Of a DNA stretch of 64,000 nt, positions 1 through 6,395 are shown piece by piece. Source of the DNA: an uncultured virus (IMG/VR IMGVR_UViG_3300021197_001811) (Duplodnaviria > Heunggongvirae > Uroviricota > Caudoviricetes). The position numbers and the translations under genes were made by a program. Location: the IMG/VR virus record IMGVR_UViG_3300021197_001811; one strand, given 5' to 3'. Position 1 is the first letter of the stretch, and each line of letters begins with the position of its first letter. Below the pieces are notes generated by a model. The model was not told where the DNA came from and searched no databases. It saw only the letters and a program-made list of their open reading frames with translations.

Positions 1-44
1 GACCGTTAGGATTATAACAGCGCCAACTTAATGACGCCCTTAAG

Positions 45-236
45 CTACTCGTTAAACATATCCTCTTGATTATCATCACCCATTAAACGGATAGTACCAG
101 CTAGCTCGTTAGTAGTGACCCAACGACAATCGCCATTAGACCATTGAACCAACGTCTCTGAATGTCCTCTCCTCTGCTTAATAGCTAGACCGTTAACGTG
201 CTTGGCATTAGTTGTCTCTTTGGACTGTACGAACAT
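45..236 (-). CDS. small hypothetical early protein (SH3-like beta pattern)
   Basis: ORF track 45..275; ATG at 236 (MFVQSK) preferred because AAAGGG precedes it and it lies downstream of the promoter at 287-315; VQWSNGDCRWV motif. Confidence 0.55.
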   Translation of the reverse strand: MFVQSKETTNAKHVNGLAIKQRRGHSETLVQWSNGDCRWVTTNELAGTIRLMGDDNQEDMFNE

Positions 237-286
237 TGTTATAACCCTTTCAAAGGTTTTTAGTTTCTCTCTCACTCTCTATAGAC

Positions 287-315
287 ATTATAGCAAAGGG
301 TTACTGAGAAGTCAA
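287..315 (-). promoter_or_regulatory. sigma70-type promoter, TTGACT-N17-TATAAT with extended -10 TG
   Basis: read directly; A-tract UP-like element upstream. Confidence 0.85.
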
Positions 316-381
316 GTACTTTCTTTTACTTTTAGTACTTTTATTCTTTTAACTCTCCGGGCTCAATCGATTAGGGATAGC

Positions 382-543
382 TTAGTTATTCCTGTACCAT
401 TCGGGAAAGATTAGAGCGCGATTACTTTGGCGCTTGTTGGTACAGGGACGGCAGCGGCAAGGGTCCGGAGAACTAGCGAATGGTCGCTTGCACTCGCGTG
501 TTATCTTGTGCGATGATGGTGTTTGGTATTGCGTAGTAATCAT
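382..543 (-). CDS. small Cys-containing hypothetical protein
   Basis: ATG at 543, 1 nt after the stop of 545..751; CxCxxC motif. Confidence 0.45.
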   Translation of the reverse strand: MITTQYQTPSSHKITRECKRPFASSPDPCRCRPCTNKRQSNRALIFPEWYRNN

Positions 544-544
544 G

Positions 545-751
545 TTATCCGTTGCCCTTAAAGTTAGGGTTAAGCTCACGGCGCTCAATGATGCGATAGG
601 TTCCGCCTTCATTCTCGCGATAGCATCGAATGTCCGCCTTTATTTCTTTCCATGACTTAAAGCTCTTATCGCATGTCGCGGTGAGGTCCTCCCAACCGTG
701 ACCGTATCCATAGTTACCCTGTAGTACATAGATATAATCAAACTTATTCAT
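545..751 (-). CDS. hypothetical phage protein
   Basis: ORF with AAGGA SD downstream of promoter 819-847. Confidence 0.7.
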   Translation of the reverse strand: MNKFDYIYVLQGNYGYGHGWEDLTATCDKSFKSWKEIKADIRCYRENEGGTYRIIERRELNPNFKGNG

Positions 752-818
752 TCTGATGTCCTTGCTTCAATCCAGAGGAGCGAGAGAGGCCTTATTGCTT
801 CCCTCACTTTCTATATGC

Positions 819-847
819 ATTATATCAAAGGGCTTCGTGAAAGTCAA
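819..847 (-). promoter_or_regulatory. sigma70-type promoter TTGACT-N17-TATAAT (TGn extended)
   Basis: read directly. Confidence 0.85.
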
Positions 848-1107
848 GAACTTTCTTTAAAATAGTTCACTTTCTCGATATATCCCTCTGAAGCATCTGA
901 GACTGAGCCGGCATCAATTCCCCGGCTCCAAAGTACAGACCACCACCCAACTCGCGGGTATTCGTATCCAAGCTTTGCACACTCTTCTGGAGTGTAATAC
1001 TTAAGGTTCGCACCGTCCGCAATGATGACACCGAAAGACGGCTCATCGCCTTGCATTAAACGCTCTTGTTTAACACCTACAAAATCACCGACCTTGAAAC
1101 TGCTCAT
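844..1107 (-). CDS. SH3/KOW-like small protein (FKVGDFV family)
   Basis: N-terminal FKVGDFV, GVII, VLW pattern; GAGG SD. Confidence 0.65.
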   Translation of the reverse strand: MSSFKVGDFVGVKQERLMQGDEPSFGVIIADGANLKYYTPEECAKLGYEYPRVGWWSVLWSRGIDAGSVSDASEGYIEKVNYFKESS

Positions 1108-1142
1108 CTTTAACCTCTCTCGTTCTTTGACTTTCTATATAC

Positions 1143-1171
1143 AGTATATCAAAGGACCTAAGCAAAGTCAA
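1143..1171 (-). promoter_or_regulatory. sigma70-type promoter TTGACT-N17-TATACT (TGn extended)
   Basis: read directly. Confidence 0.8.
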
Positions 1172-1197
1172 GCGATTTTAAAAGAAAAGTGAACTTT

Positions 1198-1377
1198 TTA
1201 TTCTTTTATCTTCCGCGCTCTGCGCTTTAATCGGATACGGGCCATGTGCTCTATTACTGCGATTCTTAACGTGACATCCAACTCATCAAGCAAAGGGCGG
1301 CGCTTAGGTTTCGACAGGTCGACCCATTGATTAGCTAAGCGCCGCGCAGAGGCCACTGTGGACAGACGAATAGGCAT
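1198..1377 (-). CDS. small basic hypothetical protein
   Basis: ATG at 1377 just after the stop of 1379..1582, GAGGG SD. Confidence 0.5.
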   Translation of the reverse strand: MPIRLSTVASARRLANQWVDLSKPKRRPLLDELDVTLRIAVIEHMARIRLKRRARKIKE

Positions 1378-1378
1378 A

Positions 1379-1582
1379 TTACATGCCCTCGTTCTCAAAG
1401 TCTTCGAGATAGGACCACCCAAAGTGACAGTATCCCCACTTATCCGAAAGCCAATCGCCAATGTCCTCTTCTTCAATGCTATCTGGTAGCGTAACCAATT
1501 CTGGTAATCCGACGTCGCCGGGTAGGGGATTCCAGTCATCATCTGATGACGTGTCCCAATCTACTTTGATAATACGTGGCAT
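1379..1582 (-). CDS. small acidic hypothetical phage protein
   Basis: GAGGAGG SD, directly downstream of promoter 1614-1642. Confidence 0.7.
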   Translation of the reverse strand: MPRIIKVDWDTSSDDDWNPLPGDVGLPELVTLPDSIEEEDIGDWLSDKWGYCHFGWSYLEDFENEGM

Positions 1583-1613
1583 TTTCTGCCCTCCTCGATT
1601 GTTGATATACTAT

Positions 1614-1642
1614 ATTATAGCACCTCTTGACCGCTAGGTCAA
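1614..1642 (-). promoter_or_regulatory. sigma70-type promoter TTGACC-N17-TATAAT (TGn extended)
   Basis: read directly. Confidence 0.8.
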
Positions 1643-1685
1643 GAAAAAATTCTCGTGAAAAAAACGCGCGCGATGGCGCTGTGAA

Positions 1686-1934
1686 TTACTCGATTGTCGA
1701 GGCGAACGACTTGACATAACCGACGTGCTTTGACGTGGTCATAGACTTGAACCCCTGCGAGCCTCCCGACGTATAATCAAGCGCGACCTTGTCACCGGCT
1801 GGCGTGGTGTAGCCGATAGGGAGCTTATAGGAATAGATGCTCTGTCCATCCGTCCAAAACTGCGCGCCATTATTGCACGCGGGCTCTGAGTGGTGCCAAG
1901 ATTCCGCAACTTCGCGAGTGATAACCTTGTTCAT
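1686..1934 (-). CDS. hypothetical phage protein
   Basis: start moved to ATG 1934 (MNKVIT) after AAAGGA SD. Confidence 0.7.
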   Translation of the reverse strand: MNKVITREVAESWHHSEPACNNGAQFWTDGQSIYSYKLPIGYTTPAGDKVALDYTSGGSQGFKSMTTSKHVGYVKSFASTIE

Positions 1935-1975
1935 ATTGTTTGGTCCTTTCTTGAACCGTTCTTGATTGTGATTAT

Positions 1976-2004
1976 ATACTATCAAACAAATTGGAGAAAG
2001 TCAA
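1976..2004 (-). promoter_or_regulatory. sigma70-type promoter TTGACT-N17-TAGTAT (TGn extended) with UP tract
   Basis: member of the repeated promoter module. Confidence 0.8.
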
Positions 2005-2057
2005 GAGCTTTTTTAACTTTTTTCAATAAAAAGTAAAACCTCTTTGATATCGGCTAC

Positions 2058-2255
2058 TTAGTCCTCTCGGCCAAGAAAGTCGCGATGATTATGATATGAC
2101 GTCTCCGCGACTGACATCCACTCTGGAGACTTGCCAGAGAGCCGGGTGATAAGGCGAGTTGCTTCCTCTTTCGTGACCCCATGTTCCAGACAGAACTCGC
2201 CGATGGTCTCAACGAGTTCACTGATTAACCACTTGTCTTTGTAGTGTTCATACAT
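2058..2255 (-). CDS. hypothetical protein
   Basis: ORF in a promoter-gene cassette, AAAGG SD. Confidence 0.7.
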   Translation of the reverse strand: MYEHYKDKWLISELVETIGEFCLEHGVTKEEATRLITRLSGKSPEWMSVAETSYHNHRDFLGRED

Positions 2256-2256
2256 A

Positions 2257-2380
2257 TTTAGAACCTTTCGTGTTCCGTTCCTTGACTGTGCTTATATACT
2301 ATCAAGTGAAGCGATGAAAGTCAAGAGCTTTTTTAACTTTTTTTGATAAATCGTAAAAGATCAATGATATCGCACACTTA
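2257..2380 (-). repeat. repeated early-promoter module (upstream box, UP tract, TTGACT-N17-TAGTAT at 2296-2324, leader)
   Basis: about 50 nt near-identical to 2618-2667; -35/UP tract identical to 1998-2023. Confidence 0.85.
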
Positions 2381-2618
2381 TGGTCTCGCCCTCTTTCGCG
2401 ATGCGCTTCCTGAGAGAGCGATATTGTATAGCATCGACAAAGTAACACTCTGAGCGAACGGCCCAAACCTCAACTTTCTCGACAGTGTCATAGACCTTCA
2501 TGGTTCCGCCCTCGACATTGTCGAGGACAAGGAAGCCGATATGGTCCGCGTAGACACCATTGTGATAAATCAGGGTTCCTGGCTCGAACGGGGTATCGTA
2601 ATCATTAGCGTGTATCAT
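2361..2618 (-). CDS. SH3-like hypothetical protein
   Basis: FEPGTLIY, GFLVL pattern; shares leader with the 2058..2255 gene. Confidence 0.65.
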   Translation of the reverse strand: MIHANDYDTPFEPGTLIYHNGVYADHIGFLVLDNVEGGTMKVYDTVEKVEVWAVRSECYFVDAIQYRSLRKRIAKEGETISVRYH

Positions 2619-2742
2619 TTTAGAACCTTTCGTGTTCCGTTCCTTGATTGTGATTATATACTATCAAAGGTTATCGCAAATGTCAAAGGTTTTTTTCACT
2701 TTTTTCAATAAATCGTAAAAGATCAATGATTCTGGTAGGTTA
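2618..2742 (-). repeat. repeated early-promoter module (TTGACA-N17-TAGTAT at 2658-2686)
   Basis: copy of the module at 2257-2380. Confidence 0.85.
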
Positions 2743-3234
2743 GAGGACTCTCGTGCCGTGGGTCCTGATCTCTCGGTTACTTACCGTTGCTGATATGCGC
2801 GTGTCGGCCTTACCGGCACGGGTCGCGAAGCTTTTCTTAATCTTAGGTAAAAGGATATCGAAAACCTGTTGACCGCTGAGTTTCCAGACCTCCGCGACCT
2901 TGCCCGACTCATATCGCGAGTAGTAGTGCTCTGGATACTTTAAAATTTTATCCTCTCGAAGGTATTGTTCTTGCTCCTCCCATGTGGGCTGCTGCATGAT
3001 ACCCGTATAAGAGCCTTTTACCTTCTTGCCGATGGTCGACTTGTACTCTACCTCTTCTCCGTTCTCGTTAATCGCATCGGCACCACTGAACGTCTTATGG
3101 ACGGTATGACCCAACTTGATAGCTGTCATAATCTCCTTGGAGCGCGCATAGCTGAATGGGTCACCCCAACCAGCGGTCTCGCAAAGTGTCGCCATTTCCT
3201 CGTAAAGTTCTGTGTATCTCTGTTCCGGTGTCAT
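2740..3234 (-). CDS. PD-(D/E)xK nuclease, PvuII-like restriction-endonuclease fold
   Basis: GADAINENGEEVEYKS resembles the D-x(9)-E-x-K active-site spacing of PvuII-type enzymes. Confidence 0.6.
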   Translation of the reverse strand: MTPEQRYTELYEEMATLCETAGWGDPFSYARSKEIMTAIKLGHTVHKTFSGADAINENGEEVEYKSTIGKKVKGSYTGIMQQPTWEEQEQYLREDKILKYPEHYYSRYESGKVAEVWKLSGQQVFDILLPKIKKSFATRAGKADTRISATVSNREIRTHGTRVL

Positions 3235-3265
3235 TTGATGACCCTTTCTTGTTGATTGTGATTAT

Positions 3266-3294
3266 ATCTTAACAAACAATTTTCTACAAGTCAA
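3266..3294 (-). promoter_or_regulatory. sigma70-type promoter TTGACT-N17-TAAGAT (TGn extended)
   Basis: read directly; same ATAATCACAATCAA leader as neighbouring modules. Confidence 0.8.
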
Positions 3295-3360
3295 GTCTTT
3301 TTTCTGTAAATCGTAAAAGCTGAATGATTCTGGTGGGTTAGTTGCTGAAGCCGCTTCGCT

Positions 3361-3648
3361 TTAAATTGAAGTGGTTGCAACGCTGCGAGTGTGGCCATCC
3401 AAAACGGCACCGTCGCTATAGAGAGCTTGACGTACATTTTCAAAGGATGGATTGTTGATTGTCTCTCTCATAATTCGTTGAGCGTTGACTGTGACCTCTC
3501 GAACAAGCGCTGACTTAGCGAAGGCGCGGGCTTGTGCGTCTAGTTCCGATGCAATGCGAAGAGCCTGGAGGTCTTCGTCCGCCGCGACATAGTATCCCTT
3601 TGACTCTAAGTACTGTGCCAGGTCTCCGCGTCCGTAATTCTCAAACAT
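3361..3648 (-). CDS. hypothetical protein
   Basis: ORF with AGGA SD. Confidence 0.6.
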   Translation of the reverse strand: MFENYGRGDLAQYLESKGYYVAADEDLQALRIASELDAQARAFAKSALVREVTVNAQRIMRETINNPSFENVRQALYSDGAVLDGHTRSVATTSI

Positions 3649-3802
3649 ATTTTTATCCTATCTCATTTATATAAAAATGTCCACAACTTCCCGCCAAGCT
3701 GTAGAGTGCGTCACCTGTAGGCCCAGAGGGCGAAACGCTTCCCGTGTCTTGCTATTTATTAAAGAACCGGCGACACACTGAGCGGTTCAAGAATCTTTTT
3801 TG

Positions 3803-3875
3803 TGGAGCACCCGAGACTCGAACTCGGAACCAGCGGATTAAAAGTCCGATGCGCTACCAGTTGCGCCAGTGCTCC
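3803..3875 (-). tRNA. tRNA-Lys(UUU)
   Basis: GGAGCAC/GTGCTCC acceptor stem, anticodon loop CTTTTAA, GTTCGAGT T-loop; CCA not encoded. Confidence 0.93.
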
Positions 3876-3924
3876 GCGCCTCTACCAGAACTCTGAGTTT
3901 GTCTCCTTTCTCGATTGTGATTAT

Positions 3925-3953
3925 ATAATATCAGACTTTTTTCTCAAAGTCAA
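3925..3953 (-). promoter_or_regulatory. sigma70-type promoter TTGACT-N17-TATTAT driving tRNA-Lys
   Basis: read directly. Confidence 0.8.
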
Positions 3954-4122
3954 GTCTTTTTTTCAATTTTCTGTATTTCTTGCCCAAACTCTTCTGTCTG
4001 TCTGCCATCGCGCCAGAGGACAATCCACATGTGACTGATTGCCAGTTCCCATCTTTCGATGATAATGCCGACATGGTCAGGCCTGTATCTGTAACAGACC
4101 AAGTCGCCGACAGAAAACTCTT

Positions 4123-4341
4123 CTATCTTCCGACACCGAGCGCGGCCTTGCGAGTGCTGACGTACTGATAAGCGCCCTTATTATATGCCGGCGCGATGCA
4201 CTTAGCTTTTCTCTGCACTTCTTTCTTTGCGTTGGCTGAGCCACAAGCTAAGCAGGTTTTATACCCTATCGCTTTTCTCTCTGGGTTGTAATTTTCCCAG
4301 CACTCGACACATACAGCTTTAAAGTCATTCGTCATAGCCAT
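4123..4341 (-). CDS. DksA/TraR-like C4 zinc-finger protein
   Basis: CVECWENYNPERKAIGYKTCLAC matches CxxC-x-PER-x-CxxC spacing. Confidence 0.55.
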   Translation of the reverse strand: MAMTNDFKAVCVECWENYNPERKAIGYKTCLACGSANAKKEVQRKAKCIAPAYNKGAYQYVSTRKAALGVGR

Positions 4342-4619
4342 GGCCCCTTCGTGATATTGCGTCCATCATATGCGTCCATTCTAGCGTCTTCAATGTCCTG
4401 AAGCTCTTTTTCATAAGATGCCGACAGGCCCCACTTGACATGTCCAGTATCCTCGCAGACGTTACCTGAGACCTTGCCCTCAATAACGAGAGCGAATAAT
4501 TGCATCAGATGATGGTTTGATTCTTGCGTTTCAATCCCTCCTGACTCATAATGCTCTGCGATGGCTCGCAAAATCTTAGTTCCGTGCTTATACACGTTTG
4601 AACGAATATTCTCTGTCAT
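4332..4619 (-). CDS. hypothetical protein
   Basis: ORF with AAGGAG SD. Confidence 0.65.
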   Translation of the reverse strand: MTENIRSNVYKHGTKILRAIAEHYESGGIETQESNHHLMQLFALVIEGKVSGNVCEDTGHVKWGLSASYEKELQDIEDARMDAYDGRNITKGPWL

Positions 4620-4631
4620 CTTAACCGCTCC

Positions 4632-4718
4632 TTACTGCTTACGCCACCAATCGGTGAGACACTGTCCTAACCAGACGCCCAAAGCGAGAGCGCCGACTGT
4701 CTGTAAAAAACTAACCAT
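4632..4718 (-). CDS. 28-aa membrane micropeptide (MVSFLQTVGALALGVWLGQCLTDWWRKQ)
   Basis: hand translation; downstream of promoter 4750-4778 (TTGACA-N17-GATACT). Confidence 0.45.
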   Translation of the reverse strand: MVSFLQTVGALALGVWLGQCLTDWWRKQ

Positions 4719-4801
4719 TGTTCATTTCCTTTCTTTTTTCTACTCTCTTAGTATCTCAAACATTTATCTGAATGTCAAGTACTTTTTTCAAAAAAGTGTT
4801 A

Positions 4802-4874
4802 AGCCACCTAACGGACTCGAACCGTTGACCTGCTGATTACAAATCAGCTGCTCTACCAACTGAGCTAAGGTGGC
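4802..4874 (-). tRNA. tRNA-Thr(UGU)
   Basis: GCCACCT/AGGTGGC acceptor stem, GCTGA-TTTGTAA-TCAGC anticodon arm. Confidence 0.95.
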
Positions 4875-4875
4875 G

Positions 4876-4949
4876 CACCCTGGACAGGATTCGAACCTGT
4901 GACCGCCGGCTTAGAAGGCCGATGCTCTATCCAGCTGAGCTACCAGGGC
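4876..4949 (-). tRNA. tRNA-Arg(UCU)
   Basis: GCCCTGG/CCAGGGT acceptor stem, anticodon loop CTTCTAA, GTTCGAATC T-arm. Confidence 0.93.
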
Positions 4950-5130
4950 ATATTAAATCTAACCACATCTCTTCTTCGGCGCGTCTGTCGCCGTTCTGCC
5001 AGTGAACGAAAACATATTTCTCGCTCGCCGAGATAACAACACCGTGTTGGCGATTATCGACTTCAAAGGAATTCGCCAAGTGCCAACCTGTCTGCTCTTC
5101 ATTCCATTTAACTAAATCACCGCGTTGCAT
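4927..5130 (-). CDS. SH3/KOW-like microprotein (MQRGDLV)
   Basis: start at ATG 5130 in the 14-nt junction; 3' end overlaps tRNA-Arg. Confidence 0.65.
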   Translation of the reverse strand: MQRGDLVKWNEEQTGWHLANSFEVDNRQHGVVISASEKYVFVHWQNGDRRAEEEMWLDLICPGSSAG

Positions 5131-5299
5131 CAATAATCTCCAGATCTTCAACCCAATCGAACACTTCATCATTACACTCTGGACGATTCCACAGAATCTT
5201 CGCGCGCTCGTTCGTTCTATCCAAGCGAATCACAACACCCCTAAGAGTCTGGAGATTGTTGTGATAGTGTCTGTATCTTACTAAATCACCGGCCTTCAC
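5117..5299 (-). CDS. SH3/KOW-like microprotein (MKAGDLV)
   Basis: GTG 5299 with GGAGGT SD. Confidence 0.75.
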   Translation of the reverse strand: MKAGDLVRYRHYHNNLQTLRGVVIRLDRTNERAKILWNRPECNDEVFDWVEDLEIIDATR

Positions 5300-5486
5300 T
5301 GATGACCTCCAGTGAGCTTTCAATCTGTCTGCCCAACTTGATGCAGCGGCCATCGACGAATACAAGCCAGTCATATTTGTATGCATCGCTACGAGGCAAC
5401 TTCTCAACCAACATCGCTGATTCAGAAGTCAGGCCAAAGTAATCGACAGGACCTCTAGATAGCTTAATTAAATCACCGGGCTTCAC
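5286..5486 (-). CDS. SH3/KOW-like microprotein (MKPGDLI...LEVISEGR)
   Basis: GTG start with GGAGGT SD. Confidence 0.75.
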   Translation of the reverse strand: MKPGDLIKLSRGPVDYFGLTSESAMLVEKLPRSDAYKYDWLVFVDGRCIKLGRQIESSLEVISEGR

Positions 5487-5661
5487 TTAGTACCTCCAGG
5501 GCTTGTCTTGTCGTCCAAAAGGCTCCGTAGCTGTTAGGCCAAAGGACCTTTACATGTCTATCCAATTCGTGGACCTCTGTGACGATTCCGACGATGCCAT
5601 CGCGGGGATGACAAGAGCCATCAGCATAGATCATTTTCACCAAACTTCCACGCTTCATCAT
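5473..5661 (-). CDS. SH3/KOW-like microprotein (MKRGSLV...LEVLSEAR)
   Basis: family motif GIVGIV, VKVLW. Confidence 0.75.
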   Translation of the reverse strand: MMKRGSLVKMIYADGSCHPRDGIVGIVTEVHELDRHVKVLWPNSYGAFWTTRQALEVLSEAR

Positions 5662-5774
5662 CTTTCCTTCCTTGTCAAGAGTCCCCAAAATGGAATCGAA
5701 GCAATGATTGCCACGCCTATACCATACGTCACAGCGCGGATGGCGACCTCTTTCACTACCTTGCGAGCCCTCAT
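5658..5774 (-). CDS. 38-aa single-TM micropeptide
   Basis: hand translation MRARKVVKEVAIRAVTYGIGVAIIASIPFWGLLTRKER; GAGG SD after promoter 5806-5834. Confidence 0.55.
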   Translation of the reverse strand: MRARKVVKEVAIRAVTYGIGVAIIASIPFWGLLTRKER

Positions 5775-5830
5775 CTGTTCCTCACTGTTCCTTGACTGTG
5801 ATTATATAATATCAAATGTTTTCTGGAATG

Positions 5831-6031
5831 TCAAGCGTTTTCTTTCGCTTTTTTTAAGATTCTCCAACGATTCTCGGTCCACCAACGGAAATCTCCATAA
5901 TTATCAAGCACTAACACATCTTTTAATGTTTGATTCACGTCCACAACTATACCGTATTGCATGAGAGCTTCAGCTTCCAAATCAGAGTTGATGAGGTAGC
6001 ACGCCACTAAATCGCCTTTTTGTAGTCTCAC
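5831..6031 (-). CDS. SH3/KOW-like microprotein (LQKGDLV)
   Basis: family motif YGIVVDV. Confidence 0.7.
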   Translation of the reverse strand: MRLQKGDLVACYLINSDLEAEALMQYGIVVDVNQTLKDVLVLDNYGDFRWWTENRWRILKKAKENA

Positions 6032-6058
6032 TCATTAAGTAGTGCCCAATTAGCCATT

Positions 6059-6169
6059 TTAATTTCCTGACTTAAACATCATCATGAGGACAAACCACAT
6101 CAATATAGCCAAAAGTATCTTACTGATAGCGTCTGTAGTCAATATCTCTGTCAATACCTCAGGTGGCAT
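6059..6169 (-). CDS. 36-aa hydrophobic micropeptide
   Basis: AGGAG SD; MPPEVLTEILTTDAISKILLAILMWFVLMMMFKSGN. Confidence 0.6.
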   Translation of the reverse strand: MPPEVLTEILTTDAISKILLAILMWFVLMMMFKSGN

Positions 6170-6188
6170 GTGTTTCTCCTAAAAAAAT

Positions 6189-6395
6189 GTAGCGGACTAT
6201 AAGCACAGAGTCACCTTCTCGCTTCACTCTGCAGAAACGCCAGCCTATTCTAACTTTATTTCCCTTCATCGCGATTCAGCTTCTTACAACCCTATTGCAT
6301 ACATCACATATGGTTACACGGGGTTTGCTGAGCGAGTTTGAGGACGCGGTTATAGACAATCGCGCCGATAATTTATACTGCTTATAGCCCACTAC
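6189..6395 (-). ncRNA. structured ncRNA candidate (207 nt, rod-like, 6S-like geometry)
   Basis: 17-bp terminal stem GTAGTGGGCTATAAGCA/TGCTTATAGTCCGCTAC with G-U pairs, further nested helices, followed by a T7 tract. Confidence 0.65.

Noticed and set aside
1960..3340. Regularly spaced repeats as a CRISPR array or integron attC sites
   Set aside because: Intervening sequences are 200-500-nt genes, the repeats are promoter modules without attC-like dyad symmetry, and there is no cas or integrase gene in the window.
3700..3790. Hammerhead or tRNA-associated HDV-like ribozyme
   Set aside because: CGAAAC is present on + but there is no proper CUGANGA core; the element does not abut the tRNA 3' end and I could not build an HDV nested double pseudoknot.
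6189..6395. RNase P RNA, tmRNA or SRP RNA
   Set aside because: It lacks the GAGGAAAGUCC/P4 signature, tRNA-like ends and tag ORF, and the SRP GGAA domain IV motif.
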